Assembly: GCF_000150275.1 (NCBI RefSeq)
Contig: NW_002060945.1
Location: 3,185,172-3,249,171 of the forward strand
Direction of reading: 5' to 3'
From: Trichoplax adhaerens
Lineage: Eukaryota > Animalia > Placozoa
DNA length: 64,000 bases
Part shown: one piece after another, positions 53,678-64,000 of the stretch
Position numbering within the stretch: the first letter of the stretch is position 1
Layout: the number at the start of each line of letters is the position of its first letter
Position numbers and translations under genes: made by a program
Notes under the pieces: model-generated
What the model was told of the DNA's origin: nothing
Seen by the model: only the letters and a program-made list of their open reading frames with translations
Databases searched by the model: none

Positions 53678-56379
53678 TCAATAATATGGTCTTCGTGGAT
53701 TATTCTGAAGGTTCAAAAAATAAATCATTTCGTTAGTAAAATGTCCATTTATAATGAAAACATTTTATGCTAGTAAAATAGAAAATAATAAAATTTATAT
53801 ACCAGCGGATTCGGTCTAAATCGATATGCAAGCATCATCCTTTTACGATATAATTCAAATTCATCATCAGATTTTTTTACTTCTTGAGGTTTTTCAACTC
53901 CAACTCCGGAGCTATCAAAGCTAGTTGGACCCCTAACATTTTAATGACAGATACATGAGAAAAGATGCGTTTAATTAGGTACGTTTAAGATCATTAGTTG
54001 CTGGAACAATTTTAAATGTAGAAGACAAAAATTGCAAGATATCCTTTTACACATACTCACTGTACATATAAATATATAACTTTAAAAGTACAGTATGATG
54101 CAAGGCTTAGTTAATTATATGATTAGTTTATGGATATTGTACTGTATAACTAACTTATTAACTGGTTCAACTATTCCTTGGCCAGACGATCCTAAACCAG
54201 TACCCTCTTTCCAGCCCGCTGCCAACAACATTTGATAACCAATATTGTTCTCCTTTAGTTTATTCTTCATGTAATCAGAGAAATGCGGTGTCTTTCCTTG
54301 CTTAATAGCTTCAATTTGCTGCAAAAACTTTTCCAGTTCATCTTTCGGCAAAAAATCTCCCAGATGATGTTTACCTTTAGCTTCTTGTGTCAGGTTTTCT
54401 GCTTTGTTTCGAGTACGTTCCATTTCTTTCATTCTCATCTTATGTTCCCAAGTACCACCATCTACTTCTTCATCCGAATCATATTCGTACTTACTCTTCT
54501 TCTTCTTGTTAGCTGTTAATAGCTGAGCTCTGATTATAGCTTCTTGCTTAGCTTTCTCCAACTGGTTTCTAATAAATTCGTTTGAGATCTGCACAAGTAA
54601 ATAATTAATTACAGCAAACTATTTCAGAGAATAGTAATTGTCAAAGCCAATTAATACCTGTTCAGCAGACGCCGTAGGCTGACTACTTGTACTTTGTGAT
54701 ATCTAACAGTATCATTGGTAAAGAAAGGGTCAAAATTTAATTTGTACAACTATAATTCAACAATCGTGATATAACTTACATCACTTCTTGAACCTGCCTG
54801 GGCTAAGGACCGAGAAATCTCCTGAGCCTTAGCTAACGCTTTAGCAGCATCTACTGATTCTTCAGCACGTCTTTTAACTCCTATAAATAGAATAAGAGAT
54901 ATGTATACTCATATTAGATATTGTTCGAACCGAACCTAATTTAAGATAACTACTAATTAACCTGAACTAAAAGTAGAGGTAGAACTGTCGGGCACAGTAG
55001 GTACTGTGACTTCCGATTCCTGACGTCGAACTTCTTCCACCTGCATACGAAAAGCTTGATATTCCATAGCCTTTTTATCCATTAAAAACCTAACAAGGTA
55101 GCAGCCACAGTGTTTGATTAGCTAGTAAATCATATTTAAAACTCTATCCAATATGATGAGAAGTTATAGGCCATTTTGTAAATATTATGCACTGTGATAC
55201 ACAGTCAGTATTAACAGTGAGATTTAAAAGGGTCGATAAAATATACTGTATACTGTACTTTAACGTAGCCATACTACGTATAGAGATGATACATTTTCAT
55301 TTTCTATCACCTTTGATACTGATACTAAGTTATGTTTAGGATCACCATTTACTTCAATGACAACATTAGACTTCTCTACTGTATCGACTGTATGAGCTAA
55401 AACATCAACTATAATAATTCTTACTTGAATTTGCGGTCATGCTTGTATTTTATTCTTGCTAATTCTTCTACTTCATCGCCCCTTGTTGCAACCAATTGCA
55501 CAAATTGGTCTCTCGATTCGAATGCATCAGGATTTTCTGGTAGGGAAACTTTTTGATAAACTTTTAGAAATAGTCCTACCGGACTCCTACGTATATACGT
55601 ATGTACTACTTGTCTGTTGAACAAATGTAGAATACGAATATAGGATAAAGTAGAGTGCCAGATAAAACTATCTCTTGGTATCTGTCATTCAAGCTTCAAG
55701 AACAGTATTTGTGACTATTTATGAGTATAAGGTGTACGGTATTTTTGGCGTGTCAACTGCCGATTCAATCTTGTAAAATCAAAATCCAATTGTCGACTAA
55801 CTAGTTTGTCGCACGTTAGGATTAGGATCATCAGATACTCCAAGGACACGCCAGCATTTAATAAAAAGTACACCGAACACCTTCAGAATATGACTAGTGT
55901 TACTAGTGTTACATCATACACTTTAAGACTAAGTTGCATGCTTGCATCAAGTATAGGACTAAACCAAGGTACTATTTTAATATAGCATCACTGTATCTGC
56001 TTTTACCATTTTGAATAATATATTCCTTGTCTTCTTCACTTTCTAATACGCTTGTACTGCTGAATCGTGTATCTTGTACATTTTTGGTCGTTGAAGCTTT
56101 CTTTAGCGATGGAATTTTCATCTTAAAAGACGATTTTTTGCCACTAGACAAACTTTGATCTACCTTGTCTTCACTTTTACTACTGGCTACCGTAGAATTC
56201 ACTTTACTGACTTGATTAGAAAGACTGCTTCCAATTTCAGCCTGTTTAGTCGTAGTCTTTTCCTCTTTTCGGCTTATTGTATCATCACTTGTTTCTTTTG
56301 CCGTTGACTGTGACTGCAGCTGCTGAAGTTGTTGAAATCTCTCTAAAAAACTACCATCATTTTTGAATATGCCATCCAT
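53678..56379 (-). CDS. SUGP1: SURP and G-patch domain protein 1 (splicing factor 4)
   Basis: [15 protein letters not shown] near the N-terminus; SURP-like exon; [42 protein letters not shown]-patch [25 protein letters not shown]; C-terminus [22 protein letters not shown]|NNPRRPYY*. An alternative in-frame ATG lies at 56400. Confidence 0.95.
55729..55883. mobile_element. Small foldback/MITE-like insertion in SUGP1 intron 1
   Basis: Ends aaggtgtacggt and accgaacacctt are inverted repeats with 1 mismatch; inner pair ggcgtgtc/gacacgcc; central near-palindrome cgactaactagtttgtcg. Confidence 0.45.
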
Positions 56380-56612
56380 TTTGTAGCTATTTAACTTCAT
56401 GAACTAGGTAAGGAGGTATTTTATTCGACCGAATCTCGCTCACTGAGGGAGGAAGTCCCAAATATTCAACTAAAATGTCCACTGCTGTCGTAGAACTTTC
56501 TCATCCATATAAGCATCGACTATTTGATTTTCTTGTCGTAGTCTATGCTCTAGTATAGTACAGTACTCGTACTACAGCATACAGTAGTACTAGAAGTAGA
56601 AGACATACAGTA

Positions 56613-56967
56613 GGCTGAGCACTTCTTGGACGGACGGATATTTTTTCGGTCTCATCTCCTCCAAATATTGTCCCAAACACTTGGTTATGACAGTACTATA
56701 AGTATACAGACGGTCGATTCTGACTAAATTGACTGATGTTTTTTTCTCTCAATTAAGCTTGAATCTTATTATCTATTACTCAAGTTCTGCTTGAAATCAG
56801 GTAGAGAAGATCATCAATGTTATTGAAATGAGTATCAGTGATTTGGAAAACAGACACAGAAGATCCATATACTAAGTAGTCATTCTTTATTATTATTATT
56901 TAGTTTTTCGACATGAACGGCCTCCTTAGGTAAAATAAGTCCGTCCGTCTGAGGGAGTGCTTAGTCC
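56613..56967 (-). mobile_element. MITE-like ~350-bp dispersed element, copy B (clear ~30-bp TIRs)
   Basis: Left end ctgagcacttcttggacggacggatattttt matches the reverse complement of the right end, ctaagcactccctcagacggacggacttatttt. The interior is homologous to 32538-32872. No ORF. Confidence 0.75.
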
Positions 56968-58280
56968 AAATCTTCTTCTCAGTACTCCTCCATACAATCA
57001 TATGCCGTGTATAGCGCTGACCGTGCAGTTACAAGATGTCGGAGAAACTTACCACTTTGAATTGACTGCGATATCAAAAATGTCCTACTAAAAATGGGAA
57101 AAATGCAAATCCTGCAAAAGTTTTATACTATATGACCTATTAGTATGTCAGCATCAAAACGGCCACGCACATAACTTTCTCTGTTGAAAGTATAGCTAGT
57201 TCTAAGTGGGTTGCTTTTATAGTCACGACGACCCCGTTCTACTGTACTACTGCTGTAATGTATACCTTAATTAGTTAGCTAAATAGTTAGGCGCTACTCC
57301 ACAAGAGGTAGGAAAGCCTTTATTGAAATTTAAAAGTATTTTCACTACTGCTTCATTCACCAATTCTCTCTATACAGTTGATCATCAAGCTTTTATACAC
57401 TTTTACTCAAAACGCATCTACAAAATTATATTGTCTGTAGAAGAGAAGTCGAACACGGATTTATATCAGAGGCAATCTAGTTAATTCATTTTACTCGCTA
57501 TTCAGCGCGACAATTAACTGCCAGCCGTAATTTCTCGCATTAATGTAGCATCTATTCCTAGGCTCTTGACTGCTACAACTATTCAATTTTATCTTGATTG
57601 AACCTCGTTTAGTTATTTGTACTTTAGTTGTGGCTATTTAAAAATTTCCTAAACATTCTTTACCATATAAGGTAAAAGAAAAATCTTACCAGGCTCAATG
57701 CCGATATGATTTTCTATTTCATTTTTCCAACCCATTTTATTTCAACAATAGCAAAGAATAGTAATGCCATCATTGATGGGCTAATAAAATTGAATTATGT
57801 GTGGTAAACTGATTCCTGCAGCAGCATCATTATGGCATACAATAATCAATTATTGTGTCAGGTATAAAATCAATACTTCGATCCTTCTTGACTCGTTAAT
57901 TGTATTTTACCCGCAGATAGCTAATTTTAAATGTTCAATTTTATTTAAACGTCTTTCAAACTTATAAACTTATTTGCTTTTAATAACAGAAACAAATTGG
58001 ATACACACTACTTTCTTCTATTTCATAAATTGAAAACAAATAAAATATCTGCGTTTATACAGTACATCTTTATCAAACATATCGGCATCAATAATTATAA
58101 TTAATACAACTGCGGAGACATCCATTAATATAAACAATTATCGACGCATACTGTACAGTAGATACTTCTTGAGATACTGTCGGTAGAAAGGTAATAACTC
58201 GTTCATGACTACAGTGGTAATAGATCATATAATATATTACCAAGTAACTCGAAATAAATAATATAAATTTCCAGTATAAT

Positions 58281-61200
58281 TTAACAACTTTCTTCATGTT
58301 TCATCTCCAGATTTTGAAATACTTCGATAAAATCAGTAACTTCATCCTGCAGCTAATAAAGAATAATTATCAATTTTAGCAAAATCAAGGTGATTGATGC
58401 GTTTATGAATCAAATCAGTTACATTTTTTGAATCATACTTCGCTATCAACTTTTTTCTTCAAGTCTTCAATGTAGTATTTACTTAAATGATAAAATATCG
58501 CTATTTCTGTATCGATATTGCAAGTAATCGTTTCTCGATTGGAGGGATAGTCATTGATCGCCTTCAATTTTACAAAGCGAAATAAATCCTTTATTAGAGC
58601 TTGTACTACATTATGGAGGTATTATATACTGTATATTATCACGGTGTATATTATACTCATCAATCAGTAAAATTACAAAGGGAAAACTAAATTTATAAAT
58701 TTAAAAATTACCGTTAAATCACTGAGAAATTTCATCGTTTTGCCTTTATTAACCATAAAAAAACTACTAAGTTCAGGAAAGTGACTTCCCTCCTAAGTTT
58801 TTTATTAAACCAAGTTAATAAACTCCAATAAAGAGGGGGAAAAAATAATATTGCTTATATAGAATCAGAATAAATTTTAATCATATAAACCTTGCCACCA
58901 CCAGCTACGTTAGCTAAGCTTTGAAGACACTTTGCAAATGTCATCAAATTTCTAGTAGCAGCATGCGTTAACGGGTCTAGAAAAGGTACCAAAAGTTTAC
59001 GATAATTAATTTTTCACTAAAACTTGATTTCTACAGCAATAACTTACTAAATGCCTAGCAATTATGAATTTACTAACCAGATACAATATTAAATGAGCGC
59101 GGATTTAGGATAGCAGGACAATAAAGACGGAGAAACATAAAACAGCTAGACAGGGACAACATTACCGTTATATTGCTGGCATCATCATACACATCGAAAC
59201 CTTACTGTTATCCGGTATACTATACTAAAAGATAGATTGAAACTTACCTAACGAGATGGCATCTTAATATATCACCACCATCTTCCCACATTTTTTCGCC
59301 ACACGACACCATATAATGCAGTAAATAACGTAATTCTCTGTATAAAAATATATTTTAAAAAGAATGTCGTCACATATGCATTGTTATTACAGCATTGCGT
59401 AAATGATAGCACACGCTACTTAAATTGTTTATTTTCTAAAGGCTAAATCTATGTTACAGACTAACTTGGGACAAGTATCAACAAAATTAAATATTTTTTC
59501 CTTGATTTCGTTCAATAAAGATAGGAAAAGCTGGATATTGGTAGTTAAATTAAAATCTTTACTGCTAGAAGTCGCTGAATTAACCTGAAAGAGGTTAAAT
59601 GAATAAGCCAAAATATATATATGTAAATTTTATACTAATTGTGCATCACTTTAAATTGAATAATTTTAACGACTTACCTCTAATACATGCTTTAAATCAA
59701 TAATTTTTAAAATAGTTTCCCTTAAAACTTCCTTTAAATGCTCCTGTGCAATAATTTTCATGTAGTGTTCCATTATAGTAGTAACTAATGAAGTGCCTCG
59801 AAATATCGTCCTAGAGTTATCTATAATGACGATTATTATTTAGACGATTAGTACATATATAATCTGATCTTACGCAATTAAAATTGAATGTTACTACAAT
59901 CTCAATTTAATAACGAATGATATATTATGATCAGACTCCGCATTAATATGAAGTAAAACAATGTGTATAAATTATCAGGGTTTAAATTGATTAAAATCTG
60001 CACCGATGTTAAAAAAGGTCATTATCATAACATGAAAATATGATAGAAAATTTAATAATGTACAAATTTCTATTAATCAATCCAGAAGCTATCTGTTACC
60101 TGCTTTAGCAATTTCATTCTCGATTAGTTTAGCTAAAAAATTAATTTCTTGGCGTTCATGTGCAAATATCATCACTATGGCACCAGTAAGGCTAATTCTT
60201 TCCTGACAAACATTAACTAATGCTTCAATTATCGATGTATTTGTTTGAGTCAAGACCTGTAATTATAATAGATTGACAGTATTACAAAATTAGATATATA
60301 ATATTTGTCCATTCGGATCGAGCCACGACGAAATTGGTGCTATTCACTTATACAGTAATTGCAATTGAAAGGAAAACGAAGAGCTTCTGACCGCAACTTT
60401 AAATAATTAATCAATTACTACCTTTAACAGAGATCGACAGGATTTCTTCTCCAATAAAGGCTCATTCTAATTTTGATTAAAGAGTCTATTAAAATCTCAA
60501 TTATCTGCCCGTTATAAGCAAATTAAAAAATACGCGTAGAATTTATATCTTACTGTGTACTTCAGACGTAATCGAAGAGAACCTATTTCATCTTTTATTT
60601 GATTATCCGAAAGCGTTAAATTAAACCATTCATCTATCGGTTTGACTGGAGGTAATTTCGCAACTGGAACTTCTACTAATCCTAAAATAAGGGCATGTCG
60701 ACAGAAATTTGATCAGTGATACGAAAATCAACTTTAAAATTAATGTTAAAATTTTTGATACTTAGTTGATACCATTATAATATTCTAGTAATATAGAGTT
60801 ACTTAATACCATGTATTGATATTAGCAAGTTATCGAAATTATCCATCTATCAACCTATTAGGGTATCCTTCGATAGTCTATTCCGATTGAAGATCTTTAC
60901 AGAAATATGGTCAATATCTACATTTAAGTCGCTAGTAGAGAATACGAAAAAAGTGCTCAATTAATTCGTGTCTCAGTATAGGTCTAAAATCTAAATTAAA
61001 CGATATTATACGGTATCTCAAAGCATAACAAACAATATTTTACACACTTCTAATGCAGCTAATGGTAATATTAATTTTCGCTTATACATTGGTATTAGGG
61101 CATAAAACAGTATTTAAGAGTTTTAGTAAAGTTTACTGCATCAATTTCTTATTGCATTTATAATCCTCATGTGTACTATAATTGCTTAGAATCTCTTCAA

Positions 61201-63816
61201 TGATCACAGCATACATGATGCTATAAATTACAGTCTATAATTATAATATAGGGACTAAGAATATGCTATTATAATATAATTTATCATAGTAGTAGTTAGG
61301 AATTTACTTGAAGCGAAATTCTTCATCCCATATAGGATTACAAGTTTCTTTTGTAGCTGTTTGAGCACATTTGAAATCATCAATGCAAATAATACAGTAA
61401 GGATGCGAGATTGTCTTGGATAACTTTTGAGCATTGGAGACTTGAATTTCTAACTGACGTAATCGATTCTTATTGGAATTTTGTGAGCACTGTATTATTG
61501 CAGTCATCCATTGCTAGATATAGAAGTGTATAAGCGAGATTAAATAATCAACATTAAAATTTCTTCGATCGATAGAGAATAGAAGTATCCAGTTATCACT
61601 CGTATTAATAATATGAATATCCTTTATCAGCTACCTAATTATATCATGCATATAATATCATAAGTGATGAACTACTGCAAACGATACGAAACGAAAAAAG
61701 AAACTTTAATTTCATGTTCTATTACATACAGTAGCATTCTTCTCCGTATCTGTTGATAGATACGTTATGGTTGTCTCGTTTAAAAATTTGGAAATCAGTT
61801 GAAAGTGATACCCATGCCTATAAAATGAAGGAAAGGGGTAAGTAAAAGGAATTCGTATCATGTTACTCCATGAAATCTTTAACTAGAAATTAGGATCTAA
61901 ATATCATTCTATCCAAATTGCGCTAAAAAAAATAGTACATTTATTTAATAGTAGTACAACCTTCCAATTAAGCCGTCATGCAATGGATAAACCGTACTAT
62001 GGGAGATATCGATAATTCCTTTTGGTTTAGCTCTCTATCCAAATATAAAATGTATATGTCAAAGCAGGTATAGTAATTAAATATTACTCTGAATATCACT
62101 AACTTTATCACTCTCATAATAGTAAAGCCTCTGTTCCTTTTGTATAAGCAAGCAATGATAAGTCCTCCATTTCTTTCCTCCTGTAAAATCAAGATTTAAT
62201 AGCATCAATGTCCACATCAGTAGGTGATCAAGAGTAACACTTCCATCAATATGCTATCATCCTAGCTTATTATTTCAGTCAATTATTTATTCCATTACAG
62301 CTCACCTTTCCGCTTTATATCTAGCTTCCCAGATTTACCATCCTTCAAAACGGATTGTGTTTTTATGGTATGACTTTCTGGTTTATCTTGTTTCTTATAT
62401 GAATTATTCCTGAAATCATCTTCCTTCATTTTCTATAGATGATAGAGACGTAGAGATTATAGATATTTATGGCTTTCATAGATTAGCATGTTAATATAGT
62501 AATCTATAAAAAAAATTAATTAATTAAAAACGACAAAACTACTATTAAAATACGCATTGTATTAACCTTTGGCAAGGGATCTCCCAGTTTAAGTCCTTCA
62601 ACAATATATTCTTTAGAATATCGCTGTATAATTTCATCAATGCTATCCATATAAAAATGAATGAATTACTGAGAATGAATCAATAATTTCAACACATTAA
62701 GACCCAAGTTATGTTAATCGAAAATTACTTTTCTAACTCACATTGTAAAAATTTATTATGGTATTTTAAACAGCTACTGTCTACATTGTTGCCATTTTTG
62801 GACCATGAGAAAATTTATTGCTACTTACCTATCATAGCATCTGCCGCCCATATTGTAGCGTAAACCGTCTTTTTTAATCCGAAATTTTTTAATGCCTTTG
62901 TCTGTCCTAAAAGTCATAAAATTGTGCTTAATCATTGGTTCGTAGTAGAAAGAAAAAAATCATACGATGAAATACGTAAGGGCTTTAAATATCACACAAT
63001 ATATTATATTTATCCTTATCCTTAAGTAGACGTAACGGAGTAAATAGGTATAATACTAATAGTTAGGCCTTTAAAGTGCTCTACAAAAGATTTATCTATG
63101 AAAAAATTTAATATTCTACCTCGTTTAGCCATACTCAAACAATATTTAGCTTGACATCTAATAATGGAATCTACGTGAATGACAGCTAATGTACGATTTA
63201 TGTCAATATAGTCTGCTAGAATATTATCAAGGTGAAATAAGGGGACAATCTTACTTTTTAATTGTTTAAGACATTATTTAGCAATCTTTACATCACCCGG
63301 TTTTAAATGGAATGATTTTAATATTACAATTAGGCGATATACCAAACTTTTCAAAATAAAGTTACAAAAATCTACCGTAAGGAATCTAATTATTTCCTTG
63401 TTGATTCGAATATATTTTTAATTGCTTCTTGTCACCGAAAATATCAATCTAATGCATTGCTTTGTCGTAAATTAGTTTTTTACTGGTACTCCCAATTATC
63501 CCTTTACAATGGAAAGAGCTGATCAAGACTACAATCATCTCTTTACTTGTTATTGATGCAGTGAAATGATATTAATATCTGTGTCAAGCAAGGGTACTTC
63601 GTGGTTCTATAACAAATAAGTGAACTAAATAAAATTTAAATCGACTAGTGTGGCAGTGATTAATTTTTACTTAAATAATTTTTGTGGCATTACTTCAGAA
63701 CAAGGCTATAATCACCAGGCGACGTATCACTCTGCTTAATAAGATAATGTCCAACTTTTCCTTCTTCCTTTAACAAATCAGTAGAAGACGATTGTGGTGG
63801 TTCACCAAAATACCAA
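58281..63816 (-). CDS. RASA1: p120 Ras GTPase-activating protein, 3' part (C-SH2, PH, C2, RasGAP); continues beyond the window
   Basis: SH2 WYFG..GHYLIKQSDTSPGDYSLVL|KTDKGIKKFRI..YNMGGRCYD|SIDEIIQRYSKEYIVEGLKLGDPLP; C2 SHPYCIICIDDFKCAQTATKETCNPIWDEEFRF; GAP arginine finger TIFRGTSL, FLRLYCPAILNP and AKCLQSLAN; stop at 58281. Confidence 0.92.
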
Positions 63817-64000
63817 CTATGTAAAAGGAATTATTCTCACGGTCAATCAATCAAAATTAGTTAACATTGCTCTATATAAGCTTTTCAAAATGTGCTCCTA
63901 AATTTAATTTAAGACGTCTAGAAGTAGTTTTAACAGAAAGAACCGCATCAATCTAATCTAAGCCAGTGACTCGTAGTAATATCTAGCATTCTATGTTTGC

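Overview
AT-rich, intron-dense, compact eukaryotic DNA from a basal animal; composition and short GT-AG introns suggest a placozoan (Trichoplax-like), which is inference only. Most of the supplied ORF track is spurious because the genes are spliced, so exons were joined by hand. That gives nine protein genes: an Lbc-family RhoGEF (AKAP13/ARHGEF28/ARHGEF18-like, minus), an M6PR/ATG27-like type I membrane protein (minus, apparent frameshift), SKI3/TTC37 (plus), SUB1/PC4 (minus), SERF (plus), SMN (minus), MRPL24 (plus), SUGP1 (minus) and a 5'-truncated p120 RasGAP/RASA1 (minus). Main observations: (1) dense, nested TACAGTA/TACTGTA clusters at gene 5' ends that match the Tc1/mariner excision footprint, with three internal paralog alignments showing the predicted +5 nt difference; (2) a ~340-bp TIR-bearing element sitting in the same orientation just upstream of two unrelated genes; (3) young tandem arrays confined to promoter-like regions; (4) SERF next to SMN, as at the human SMA locus, inside a block whose orthologs map mostly to human chromosome 5; (5) a degenerate aromatic cage in the SMN Tudor domain and a FLVR Arg-to-Lys change in the RasGAP C-terminal SH2. 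No tRNA, rRNA or CRISPR was found.
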